Assembly (NCBI GenBank): GCA_965277285.1
Contig: OZ255721.1
Coordinates: 1,664,001 to 1,728,000 of the forward strand
Length of the DNA: 64,000 nt
Source: Abditibacteriaceae bacterium
Lineage (GTDB): Bacteria > Armatimonadota > Abditibacteriia > Abditibacteriales > Abditibacteriaceae
Direction of reading: 5' to 3'
Below the pieces are notes generated by a model. That model saw nothing but the letters and a program-made list of their open reading frames with translations. It did no database searches and was not told where the DNA came from. Position 1 is the stretch's first letter; each line of letters starts with the position of its first letter. This document shows positions 50,948-60,689 of this stretch, in pieces. A program made the translations under genes and the position numbers.

Positions 50948-52810
50948 ATGCGTTTCTGGATGGTTTATGGCTGGTATCAGTTTCAGCTTCTTTTCATGAA
51001 AGATGCGCCTCGAATGCGGGCGCAAAAGCGCGTGCATCTGCGTTCTTTGCTGCTGCAATCGGAGCGTTACGAGATGGCGTCGCAAGAAATTCGCGGCGAC
51101 ATCGAACGCGCTCACAGCACCAAGAAGTTCGGACTCGAGTTCAAGTTGCGCCTCGATCTGGCGCGTTGTTTTCTCAAAATGGAGCAGAAAGAGGAAGCCG
51201 CGCTCGAGCAGCAACGCGCCTGGGATTGTTTGAAGACTTTGATACTCAGCAAACAATTTGAGCAGGCCGAACGCAGCTACGAACACGCGATCAAGATGTT
51301 CGACGCCAGCGCGCGCATGAAAGCCAAACTCGCGCTCCACGCCGCGACCGCTTATGACAATCTCAAAGATTGGGAAAACTCTCTCCGCTGGGCGCAACGC
51401 GCTATCGAGTACTCGAATGCAGAATCAAACGCAGACGACAAAGACGACACGAACAATAAAGATAAAGATGACAAAGTTTCGTTCTTCGCGCCGATGATAG
51501 CCGCGATTTCCCTGAACAACCTGCAACGCGCAGCAGAAGCCGAGCCGTTTGTCCTGCGCGCGGTGAAAGCGGCGGAACATTCTGATAATCCGCAGCGAAA
51601 AGCGGTGGTGTGGGCGCAATTGGCCGCAACCCGCGCCAAGATGGACAAGCGCGATCAGGCACAGGAAGACGCACGCACGGCGCTGGGTTTCGACGCCAAC
51701 AACGCGCAGGCGAACGCCGTTTGGTGCAATGGCCTGGTGGCTGAGGGCCGCGAAGAAGTCAAGCAGCAGCGTTACAATGCGGCGTGCGAACTTTTCGAGC
51801 GCGCCCGCGCGTTGCCGATGTGGGACGATCCGAAGCAAGCACTTTTTCACGTTCAGGTTCTGGTGTATTTGTCGCACGCGCACTCCGAAGCGGGACGACC
51901 AGCGCAATGCGTGCGCTGCGCCGAAGAAGCCGTCTCGTTAAAGCCAACGGGCAAGTTGCGCTTTTCGGCGCGCACTATGGCCGCTGTCGGATACGATTCT
52001 CAAGGTCAGTTGGATAAAGCCCTGGCGCATCGCCAACTCGCTTTCGATCTTGCATTAATCGAGGGCGACAATGTGCAAATTGCGTCGCAAACGGTCGGTC
52101 TGGCGATTGATCGTTACCAGCGTGGTCGCTTGGACGAATCTTATGCGATGTGCGAGCGCGCTTTGCAGTTGGACGCTTCCAGCACGCTGGCTTTGGCGCA
52201 GCAAACCGACATTCGGCGCCTGCAAGGTCGCACCGACGAAGCGCGCCGACTGGCATTGCACAAACTTGAGTTTCTCCTCGATAACGCCATCAAAAACTTC
52301 TTGTATGCGTTGGGCGAATTGAATCTGGCGTATCTCGAAGCCGAGGCCGGAAACGCGACCTTGGCGTGGCAATATCTGCAAGGAGCGCGCGCGTTTTTCG
52401 CAGCCGATACCAAACACGCCGCAAATTGCGAAGTCGCTGCGGCGTGGATTCTGGCGTTGCTGGGACAACGCGAAGACGCTTATCGAGTACTCGAACACCT
52501 GGAAGAAATCGCCGCAAGGTTTCCCGACAACCGAGTGACGCAAACAAGTTGTTGTACAACTGGCGGTCGCGCCGCTCTGGTTTTGGGAGACCACAATCGC
52601 GCGCTCGAACTGTGGCAGCGCTACATCACACTCGTCCCGATTCCAGTTCACGAGCCGACCGCATTCTGGGGCTTGGGCGAATCTTATCTTGGTTTGGGAC
52701 GATGCGCAGAAGCCATAGAAGCGTTCTCACGCGCCGCCAACGTCAACTTCGAGACACATTACACGCAAGCTGCACGAGAGCGTTTGAAAGAATTGCAAGA
52801 GCAGCAATAA
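50948..52810 (+). CDS. Tetratricopeptide-repeat protein
   Basis: Repeated helical TPR-like units (e.g. AFWGLGESYLGLGRCAEAIEAFSRA); start set at ATG 50948. Confidence 0.8.
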   Translation: MRFWMVYGWYQFQLLFMKDAPRMRAQKRVHLRSLLLQSERYEMASQEIRGDIERAHSTKKFGLEFKLRLDLARCFLKMEQKEEAALEQQRAWDCLKTLILSKQFEQAERSYEHAIKMFDASARMKAKLALHAATAYDNLKDWENSLRWAQRAIEYSNAESNADDKDDTNNKDKDDKVSFFAPMIAAISLNNLQRAAEAEPFVLRAVKAAEHSDNPQRKAVVWAQLAATRAKMDKRDQAQEDARTALGFDANNAQANAVWCNGLVAEGREEVKQQRYNAACELFERARALPMWDDPKQALFHVQVLVYLSHAHSEAGRPAQCVRCAEEAVSLKPTGKLRFSARTMAAVGYDSQGQLDKALAHRQLAFDLALIEGDNVQIASQTVGLAIDRYQRGRLDESYAMCERALQLDASSTLALAQQTDIRRLQGRTDEARRLALHKLEFLLDNAIKNFLYALGELNLAYLEAEAGNATLAWQYLQGARAFFAADTKHAANCEVAAAWILALLGQREDAYRVLEHLEEIAARFPDNRVTQTSCCTTGGRAALVLGDHNRALELWQRYITLVPIPVHEPTAFWGLGESYLGLGRCAEAIEAFSRAANVNFETHYTQAARERLKELQEQQ

Positions 52811-52852
52811 CAAATCGAGTACTCGAACCTTCGAATACTCGCTGTATTATTG

Positions 52853-53168
52853 CTACGTTTCTCTTGCGCCCAATCTTCGCAACACGCCAAAGTTCAACAA
52901 CAGATACCAAAAGCCACAATAAATCGTTGCGGGAGTCCAACCACCAAGAAGAACCATAGTCTTGGAAAAACCAGCATCGGCGTCATCCATACTGCTGTGT
53001 ACTTTTCCAATCCAATGAGCAATAGTCGCACAATAGAGCAGACCCAGCAAACTAAAATAGAGACAGCCGTAAGAAGCCACAATTTGTTTGATGAAAGAAG
53101 AAAAGACCGACCACCATCATAAAAACCGGAACAATGAGCGCCGCCGAAAACAACTCGTTTGAACTCAT
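52853..53168 (-). pseudogene. Possible frameshifted small membrane protein
   Basis: Two hydrophobic partial ORFs in different frames that join near 53080-53100; AT-rich. Confidence 0.35.
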
Positions 53169-53190
53169 ATTTTGCTCTCTATGGTTTGCT

Positions 53191-53487
53191 TTAAGCGAAG
53201 GCGCCCGTCGGTCGATTATGGCCGCATTCCAAAACCTCATCGTTTTGCATCACACAAACACTTTCGTAATCTCCATCCACGCAAACACTGGTGTATTCTT
53301 TATCAATCTGGGTGTGATACCAGAAGTCGCCGCTCGTACTTTCAACTTTGATGTAGAAACTTTCGCCAGGCAAAAGCCAGTAATCTTCACCCCAAGGCTC
53401 CAACATGACAAGCATGATATGCGAACGCGAATTACCAATAGAAAGGTTTTGTCGGAATTTTCGTCCAATTTCGCTCATTGCTATCAT
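53191..53487 (-). CDS. Small AT-rich hypothetical protein
   Basis: 98-aa ORF ATGA-coupled to trpS; LEPWGEDY motif. Confidence 0.55.
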   Translation of the reverse strand: MIAMSEIGRKFRQNLSIGNSRSHIMLVMLEPWGEDYWLLPGESFYIKVESTSGDFWYHTQIDKEYTSVCVDGDYESVCVMQNDEVLECGHNRPTGAFA

Positions 53488-54509
53488 CCCTTGAAATAAT
53501 CAATCTTCATCGCGCTTCTGACAGCTTCCATCGTTTCTTGCGCGCGCTCGTGGCCTCGATTTGTGCCGTCGCGCAAGGCTTCGGTGACGTAAGATTCGTT
53601 TTTCGAGTACTCGATTCTACGGGCGCGAATCGGTTCGAGAAACGCGTTCAGTTCGGCGGCTAATTCGCGCTTGACTTGAACATCGCCCAGCAGCGGTTTG
53701 CCTTTTTCGTTTTCGCCGCCTTTGCGATACAGTTCTTTCAATTCTTCGACGCGCGCTTTGTTTTGGGCAAAAGCATCGAGGTACGTGAAAACCGGATTGT
53801 TTTCGACGTTGCCAGGTTCGCGGCCTGTAATGCGATTCGGATCGGTGAACATCGCCATCACTTTTTTGGTAACGGTCACTTCGTCGTCGGCCAGATAAAT
53901 CGTGTTGCCGATGCTTTTGCTCATTTTGGCGCCGCCGTCGGTGCCAGGAAGACGACCAAATTCACCGTACATTCCTTCGGGAAGCGTCAAGGTCTCGCCG
54001 TACAGCGCGTTGAACTTTTCCACGATGTCGCGCGACAATTCGATCATCGGTTTCTGATCGTTGCCAACCGGAACCAAGTGCGCGCCAAACGCCGTGATGT
54101 CGGCGGCTTGCGAGACCGGATAGCAGAAAAATCCCAGTCGCAGATCATGCTCCATGTTCTTCTGCGCGATTTCGGCTTTAACCGTCGGATTGCGCTCGAC
54201 ACGCGCCAGAGTAATCAGATTCATGTAATAAATCGTCAGTTCGGCGATTTCTGGAATCATGGATTGAATGACGAAGGCGCACTTTTGAGGATCAAGCCCG
54301 ACCGCCAAATAATCCAATGCGACTTCGCGGATGTTTTGTTTCAACATTTCCGGCGTGGCGAAATTGTCGGTTAAAGCCTGCACATCGGCTATTAAGATGT
54401 AGGTTTCATATTCGTCTTGCAGCGCGACGCGATTGGCCAGACTGCCGACATAATGCCCGATATGAAGTTTTCCGGTTGGCCTGTCGCCGGTGAGAATGCG
54501 TTTTTTCAT
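53484..54509 (-). CDS. trpS: Tryptophan--tRNA ligase
   Basis: [34 protein letters not shown]. Confidence 0.97.
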   Translation of the reverse strand: MKKRILTGDRPTGKLHIGHYVGSLANRVALQDEYETYILIADVQALTDNFATPEMLKQNIREVALDYLAVGLDPQKCAFVIQSMIPEIAELTIYYMNLITLARVERNPTVKAEIAQKNMEHDLRLGFFCYPVSQAADITAFGAHLVPVGNDQKPMIELSRDIVEKFNALYGETLTLPEGMYGEFGRLPGTDGGAKMSKSIGNTIYLADDEVTVTKKVMAMFTDPNRITGREPGNVENNPVFTYLDAFAQNKARVEELKELYRKGGENEKGKPLLGDVQVKRELAAELNAFLEPIRARRIEYSKNESYVTEALRDGTNRGHERAQETMEAVRSAMKIDYFKG

Positions 54510-54623
54510 GCTCTTAATTTAACCGCCAAGACGCCAGGCGCGCCAAGAAGTGGAAGAATCGAGTACTCGATGCGGCACTTTTAGCTGTTCCTCCAAACAG
54601 TTCGACACGCTACACTGCCTGAC

Positions 54624-55673
54624 ATGATCGAACAAAATGGGGACACGCAGCGGCGCCAGTTCGCCAGCGATAATTATTCGGGCGTTTGCCCCGAAGCATG
54701 GCAAGCTTTAACCGAAGCCAATCACGGACACGCGCCCAGTTACGGCGAAGATGTGTGGACGCGCCAGGCTTCCGACCTGATACGCGACGTTTTTGAAACC
54801 GATTGCGAAGTGTTTTTCGTGTTCAATGGCACGGCGGCTAACTCGCTTGCCTTATCTTCGTTGTGTCGTTCGTACCATAGCATTTTGTGCCACGAAACCG
54901 CGCATATCGAAACCGATGAATGCGGCGCACCCGAATTTTTCTCGAACGGAACCAAAGTTCTGCTGGTGCCAGGCCGCGATGGTAAAATCGCGCCCGACCA
55001 AATCGAACGCATGGTGCAGCGTCGCCGCGACGTTCATTATCCCAAGCCACGCGTGGTCAGCGTGACGCAAGCGACGGAACTCGGCACCGTTTACTCCGTA
55101 GACGAATTGCAGGCCATTGGTGAAGCCGCGGCGCGCTGCGATTTGTATATGCACATGGACGGCGCGCGCTTCGCCAATGCAGTGGCGACTTTAGGCGTGG
55201 CGCCGCGTGCTATCACATGGGAAGTGGGCGTCGATGTTTTGTGTTTTGGCGCCACCAAAAACGGCTCGTCGGTGGGCGAAGCCGTCATTTTCTTTAATCA
55301 CGAACTGGCGAAGGAATTTGAATTTCGCTGCAAACAGTCGGGGCAATTGGCTTCCAAGATGCGCTTTTTGACGGCGCCCTGGGTTGGCCTATTACAAGAT
55401 GGCGCCTGGCTCAAATATGCGTCGCACGCTAACGCGATGGCGGCTTTGCTCGAACAGCGTTTGCGCGAGTTGTCCGTTGTCGAGATTTTATTGCCGCGCC
55501 AAGCCAACTCGGTTTTCGTGCAATTCTCAGCGGGAATGAAAGACGCTCTTCATGCTCGTGGTTGGAAGTTTTACAGCTTCATCGGCCAGGGCGGATGTCG
55601 CTTGATGTGTTCCTGGGACACCACGACAGAAGATGTGGAAGCTCTGGTTTCCGACGTCAAGGCGTTGCTGTAG
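54624..55673 (+). CDS. ltaE: Low-specificity L-threonine aldolase
   Basis: FASDNY, FNGTAAN, HMDGARFANA, FGATKNG, GQLASKMRF. Confidence 0.92.
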   Translation: MIEQNGDTQRRQFASDNYSGVCPEAWQALTEANHGHAPSYGEDVWTRQASDLIRDVFETDCEVFFVFNGTAANSLALSSLCRSYHSILCHETAHIETDECGAPEFFSNGTKVLLVPGRDGKIAPDQIERMVQRRRDVHYPKPRVVSVTQATELGTVYSVDELQAIGEAAARCDLYMHMDGARFANAVATLGVAPRAITWEVGVDVLCFGATKNGSSVGEAVIFFNHELAKEFEFRCKQSGQLASKMRFLTAPWVGLLQDGAWLKYASHANAMAALLEQRLRELSVVEILLPRQANSVFVQFSAGMKDALHARGWKFYSFIGQGGCRLMCSWDTTTEDVEALVSDVKALL

Positions 55674-55730
55674 AGTGCGCCGAAACCGACGCGAAAGCCG
55701 GAGGAAAAGCAATCGAGTACTCGATATGCG

Positions 55731-56300
55731 TCACGGCTTGCGTCCTAAACGGTTTTTGGCGATGTTGCGAACCGCGCGGCTGATGCCCGTTTCGGCCAAC
55801 ACTTCCAATTGCTGGCGCGAAATGCTGGAGGATTGAACGAGACTACGCTCGAAAACGGTATCTCGTCTTTCCCGTATTTCGGTAAATGCGGCCGCTGAAA
55901 CACTGTCGAGTTCAAGTTCGCGCGACATTTTGTTGCGCCAAATTGTTTTCTGCAAATGCGGCTCATCAAACGCCGGATGTGCGATGATGTTTTCGTATTG
56001 TTCTGCTGCAAGTCCACGCCACAGCAGCAAGTCTCGCAACGCGGAACTCGCCATCATTTGGTCTTCATCCAATTGGCACAGCTCAATATATTGCGCGATT
56101 TGCTCGTCGCTCAGTCTTTCGTGGGAGGCGAGAACTGTTTTGAACGCGAGATAACGATGATGTTCCAAGCTTTGCCAACCATCATCGTCACGTTGCCAGT
56201 TCTTGAAACGTTCGATTTGCTGCTCGAAAAAAGCCGACGGCAACAAATCGGGTTCAAACCATTGCGGATGGAAGTGAAGTGTGTCAATGGCTTCTTGCAT
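55731..56300 (-). CDS. Hypothetical protein
   Basis: Open frame with protein-like composition, EHHRY motif; start set at MQEAI. Confidence 0.6.
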   Translation of the reverse strand: MQEAIDTLHFHPQWFEPDLLPSAFFEQQIERFKNWQRDDDGWQSLEHHRYLAFKTVLASHERLSDEQIAQYIELCQLDEDQMMASSALRDLLLWRGLAAEQYENIIAHPAFDEPHLQKTIWRNKMSRELELDSVSAAAFTEIRERRDTVFERSLVQSSSISRQQLEVLAETGISRAVRNIAKNRLGRKP

Positions 56301-56329
56301 GATGTTTAGCGTGTTCGACTTTTGCCACC

Positions 56330-57337
56330 TCACGCCTTCGCTTTTTCCAACAATTTCAACTGCCATCCTACGACCTGCGCGCCATCTTCGCCGCTGACCC
56401 ACAAGGTTTCTTCGCCACGCACGGCGCGCACGAAATTGCCAACCAATGTATCGACGAAATCCGGCAATTCGAGTACTCGATGCGCGCTTTGCAAATACGC
56501 GCGAAACTCGCCGCGTTCGTTGTTGCGCGCCGCATAATCCACGGTTTGGCCGTTGATTTCAAAAACACGTTTGGGAACGGCGCGCGCTTCGTTCAAGGCG
56601 ACGTGAATCTGTGTTTCGATTGAGCGTTTACCGTCATTCAATTGAAAAGCGGCGTTGCTGTCGCTTTCGCGCACGTCGCATTTGGCACTTGCCCAATCAA
56701 TTTCACTTTGAGGAACCAGGCGACGCAAAACACTCAAAGGATGCGGCGCAAGGTCGAGCCAAACGTCGTCGAAAGTGCGTCCGTGCTTCAGGTTTTTGGT
56801 TTCCATCGTCATCGAAAAAGATTCGATTTCGTCCGCACTGTTCAAGTTGCACAATTCCAATAGCAAAGGCGCGCACGTCGCGTATTGCATTTGTGTTCCG
56901 AACACAAGGTTGCGCGATTTGGCTTCTGCGACCAGTTTTGCGGCGCTTTCGATCAGTTCATCCAAAGGCAAACCCGACCACGCATCGCTGCCAACCAGTG
57001 GTTTTTCGCACAAAACGTGCGCGCCACTTTCCAGACATTGCATGACGTGTTGAAAGTGCAAATGCGGCGGCGAAGAAACACAAACCGCGTCCGGCTTCTC
57101 GCGGTTCAGCATCGCTTGAACATCGGTGTAACCTTCGCCTGCAAAGCCAATGGTGTTCTGCAAAGCCAATCGAGTACTCGAAACGCTTTCGGGCGACGAA
57201 CCGGCGAAGGCGACGATTTCGCAGCCGTGACCATGAAACCAGCGCGCATGATTTTTGCCGATGCCGCTGGCGCCGATAATCGCCACGCGCAAGGTTTTGT
57301 TGATTTTATTTTGTGTTTCGTTTTGCATCAAGGTCAA
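56330..57337 (-). CDS. Gfo/Idh/MocA family oxidoreductase
   Basis: VAIIGASGIG..H, HVLCEKP, DLAPH. Confidence 0.88.
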   Translation of the reverse strand: MTLMQNETQNKINKTLRVAIIGASGIGKNHARWFHGHGCEIVAFAGSSPESVSSTRLALQNTIGFAGEGYTDVQAMLNREKPDAVCVSSPPHLHFQHVMQCLESGAHVLCEKPLVGSDAWSGLPLDELIESAAKLVAEAKSRNLVFGTQMQYATCAPLLLELCNLNSADEIESFSMTMETKNLKHGRTFDDVWLDLAPHPLSVLRRLVPQSEIDWASAKCDVRESDSNAAFQLNDGKRSIETQIHVALNEARAVPKRVFEINGQTVDYAARNNERGEFRAYLQSAHRVLELPDFVDTLVGNFVRAVRGEETLWVSGEDGAQVVGWQLKLLEKAKA

Positions 57338-60063
57338 GACGGCCTCCTTATTTCAACCAACGGATAAGCGACCAGGCGCGCTAAAGGCGGCTCCCAAACG
57401 TCCGTTTCGCGCGGCGGCTCCAAGCGCAAGGTCAGTTCGAGCGAGACTTCCTCTTCGTCACCACGCGCCGCTGGCAATGCGAGATCGAAGCCGATGGGCG
57501 GCGCGAAACGTCGCCCCAGAAATTGTCCGTTTACCCACGCTTCGGCCACGTTTTCGGGTTTGTGCAGCGTCGAGGCCGCGACTTCCAAACGCACGAGACA
57601 AGCGCGCCAGGCGGCGGGAACACGGACGGTTTTCGAGTACTCGACTTGCGTTTCGTCCCACGCATTGCGATGAGGTTCCACATCCCAATCGTCCAGCAAA
57701 AGCGGCGCTGGAACAACGACTTCTGCGCCGTGCCACCACGACAATTTGCGGTCCTGTCGAATGGCGATCATCGGCTGGCCACTTTGCGTCGCGTGACCGC
57801 GCGCTGTTTTGCCGTCGAAACTTTCCACCACGAAATTAGCGCTTTCGCCATGTGGCTGCACAGCTTGAGGCACAGCTTGAGGCGCGTTTTGGTCGCTTTG
57901 CGGATCGGTCGCTATGACCAAAAGCCGGGTTTCGCCGGGTGCCATTTGCAGCGTCAGCGCCAGGCCGCCACCTTCATCGACAGGCAAAGGCATCCACAGC
58001 GGACAGCGTGCGCTCGAACCTTTCCAGGCGTCGCGTTCTTCGACTTGCACGCATTGCCCGGGACGCAGAACGAGATTGATTTTCGCGGTTTCATCGCGCA
58101 GGTTCCACAACCAAAACAAGCTGCCGTTGGGCGCGACGCGGCGCGTGTAACGAAAATCGCGCGCCTGCGTTTCGATGTCGGGCGACAAACTTTCGGTCAA
58201 AATCGGGCGCACGCGCAGACGTGCATCGTCGCGGTCGAGATTGAGGCGTGGCTGATAAGTCGCAATGCGTCCGCCCAGCGCGGTTTGGCGCAAAATTGGA
58301 TAGCCGACAGACGACGGCGCCAGCATTTGCAATTCGCTCAGCTCAGTACCTTCGCGCCGATAGCCTTCGTAAATGTCCTCAATAGTGCAGCGCGTTTGCG
58401 TTTCCAGATGACGTTCTTGTTCTTCGTCGCGCCCGATTTCGCTCCATCGCGGCAACAATCCAAGACAAATAATTTTGCCTCCGCGCAAAGAAAACTCTTC
58501 CAATTTCGCCCAGGTCGCGCGCGATAAACACGTCACAGACGGCAAGATAATGACTTCGAGAGACGCGCTTCCCACTTGCAAAAGCGAGGTCGGGCGCGTT
58601 CTCTGACGCGCATCGAGTACTCGATCTTCAAGCGTCGCATTTTGAATGGCGTCTTCGGACAAAAACAACCAGTCGAAGCGCAAATCGTCCAACCAATCGG
58701 CGATGTCGGCCACATCTTCCTCGACCCAGCGCACAAAACGATGACCTTTAGGATGATGATGCGCCCACGCCGAACGCATCGGCCAGACCACGCCGACGCG
58801 CGCGCCACTTTGCCCGCCGCGCAACACTTCGACCTGGCGCTCAATATAAGGATGAAGCAGTTGAGCGTGCGACACGCTTTCATTTTGTCGCGTATCTTTC
58901 AGGGCGACTTCAAAACGCGTCGCGCCGGCCAGCAAATAACGATGCCACTCGGACAAACGCGCCGCTTCGGAAAAAGCGACCGTAACGCGCGTCGCATCGC
59001 CGCCAACATCGGATTTCAGCGACGCCAAAGAAGTCATCAAACGCACTAAAATCGTGTTCGACGAATGGCGTAGCGCGTTCTTCCAGTCGTTTTGCTTGTC
59101 GTTTTCCGCTTCAATTTCGACGACGACATCGGTGGTGCCTTGCGCCAGCGTCACAATCGCGCCGTATCGCGCCACCAAGCGGTTCAAATTTGCGGCACGA
59201 AAACGCCACTGCAAGCGAACGCCGGTTTCCTGCGCCCAATTTTCCCAACTTTGCGCGAAGTTTTCGCGGAGCAGCGTCGCCACGGTTTGCCAAAATTGTT
59301 GGCGCACGCGCACCGCGCCTTTGCCGGTATCCGCGACCAACGACGACAATTTTTCCGCCAAATCGCCGCCGTGCAAACTGCTAAAGCGCACCGGCAACTC
59401 GGGCGACCACGGAAAACGCTGATTCGCATCGGGCGCGTCTTCGTCCCACAAGCGTGGAACTTCGACCGAAACGCCCGCCACAACGTCGCGCAATTCGGGT
59501 GTCACAACGCTTTGCCAGGCGATTCGAGTACTCGAAATGATATTTTCAACGGCGCCGTGATTGAGAGGATCGAAGGCGCGCGTCGCGTCCTGTTCCTGGC
59601 GCCAACCGTAAATGCGCGCATCGAACTCAATAGGCTCGCCGCTTTGTCCGTGTTTGATTTGCGTTTGGGCGCGCGGCCATGACAAGTCGCCGTTCGTCCG
59701 GCGCGGCACAATCGTCAAAGCCAAAGTTGCATCGTCCGGCTGCGGTTCATAACCTGCCGCGACATCCCACGCGCGATAAGTGGCATACGGCGCACCTTTG
59801 CCTTGCACGCCGACGCCATCGTTCGAGTACTCGATGCGCAGCCACGCCTTCAAATTATTTTCGCCGCACTTTTGCAAAGCCGCGCGCGTCGCGTCCCAGG
59901 ACGTTTCGTCCAAACTCAACGGCAAAACGACGCCTCCATAAGCTCGCTGCACCATTTGGTCAAAGGCATCGCGCAAGGCACCTTCGTTCTCGATTTCCTT
60001 GCGGGAAAGCGACAAATAAACCGGATTCGCAACATTGTTGGACAAATTCGCGGAAGAATTCAT
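57334..60063 (-). CDS. Large glycoside-hydrolase-like protein (GH106 / alpha-L-rhamnosidase-like architecture), divergent
   Basis: FPWS.ELP..F...G.DL...L..L....VR..FW segment, GATase-like VIILP...L..F...GG middle domain, AEAWVNG..LG.R..PP C-terminus. Confidence 0.55.
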   Translation of the reverse strand: MNSSANLSNNVANPVYLSLSRKEIENEGALRDAFDQMVQRAYGGVVLPLSLDETSWDATRAALQKCGENNLKAWLRIEYSNDGVGVQGKGAPYATYRAWDVAAGYEPQPDDATLALTIVPRRTNGDLSWPRAQTQIKHGQSGEPIEFDARIYGWRQEQDATRAFDPLNHGAVENIISSTRIAWQSVVTPELRDVVAGVSVEVPRLWDEDAPDANQRFPWSPELPVRFSSLHGGDLAEKLSSLVADTGKGAVRVRQQFWQTVATLLRENFAQSWENWAQETGVRLQWRFRAANLNRLVARYGAIVTLAQGTTDVVVEIEAENDKQNDWKNALRHSSNTILVRLMTSLASLKSDVGGDATRVTVAFSEAARLSEWHRYLLAGATRFEVALKDTRQNESVSHAQLLHPYIERQVEVLRGGQSGARVGVVWPMRSAWAHHHPKGHRFVRWVEEDVADIADWLDDLRFDWLFLSEDAIQNATLEDRVLDARQRTRPTSLLQVGSASLEVIILPSVTCLSRATWAKLEEFSLRGGKIICLGLLPRWSEIGRDEEQERHLETQTRCTIEDIYEGYRREGTELSELQMLAPSSVGYPILRQTALGGRIATYQPRLNLDRDDARLRVRPILTESLSPDIETQARDFRYTRRVAPNGSLFWLWNLRDETAKINLVLRPGQCVQVEERDAWKGSSARCPLWMPLPVDEGGGLALTLQMAPGETRLLVIATDPQSDQNAPQAVPQAVQPHGESANFVVESFDGKTARGHATQSGQPMIAIRQDRKLSWWHGAEVVVPAPLLLDDWDVEPHRNAWDETQVEYSKTVRVPAAWRACLVRLEVAASTLHKPENVAEAWVNGQFLGRRFAPPIGFDLALPAARGDEEEVSLELTLRLEPPRETDVWEPPLARLVAYPLVEIRRPS

Positions 60064-60147
60064 GGTACGTTCAGTTTAACGAAGCAACCGAAGAAAATGG
60101 GAAGAAAGAGTTGCCCGTTTGAAATGGAACAATGAAGTGAGTTTTCG

Positions 60148-60235
60148 TAACGAACCCGAAGCGTAAGCGACGGGCTTAAATAATAGTTTCATGTGGCTAT
60201 TACTTAAGCCCGTCGCTTACGCTTCGGGTTCGTTA
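60148..60235. repeat. REP-like inverted repeat, family A
   Basis: taacgaacccgaagcgtaagcgacgggcttaa ... ttaagcccgtcgcttacgcttcgggttcgtta. Confidence 0.88.
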
Positions 60236-60262
60236 TCGAACGAATTCATCAACGAGGACACC

Positions 60263-60515
60263 AAAAAGAAAACGCCGCCGTCTGAAACTCTTACGAGTGA
60301 CAGGCGACGGCGTTTATAATGCTCGGTGGTTGCGTCAGATTCGTCCTAACCCGACTGAATAGCGAAGCCATTTTCGTCTGGTCAAACAACGGGTGAATCG
60401 CGGCCACCTCGACGTTCGGTTTCCGTTACCGGAACTGAAGGTCGAGCGAGTTAAGACTCGCCACCACCTCGCCCAGATCGTTTACTTGAAATCTTGACCA
60501 CCTCCTTGCTGGATT
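60263..60515 (-). ncRNA. Candidate stand-alone structured RNA (family not recognised)
   Basis: Promoter TTGACC-17-TATATT (60522-60550), multiple hairpins, terminator stem plus T-tract at 60263-60315, no long ORF. Confidence 0.55.
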
Positions 60516-60689
60516 AACTTAAATATACAACCTGTCAAAATGGCGGTCAAGAGCAATTGAAAATTGTCAAAGAAACTCCAAATACTCTTCTTGAAAACAT
60601 CGAGTACTCGATGCAAATTAGTTATGCTTTGAGTGGTTTCCTGCTTCCTCGCCGCCGCGCATTTTAGTCCGCCAATCTTTTATTTTCTT

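Noticed and set aside
60277..60286. GCCGTCTGAA (Neisseria DNA uptake sequence)
   Set aside because: Single copy within a terminator stem; compatible with chance
60495..60507. GACCACCTCCTT resembling the 16S rRNA 3' end
   Set aside because: No rRNA sequence upstream; it is the complement of a strong SD on the minus strand
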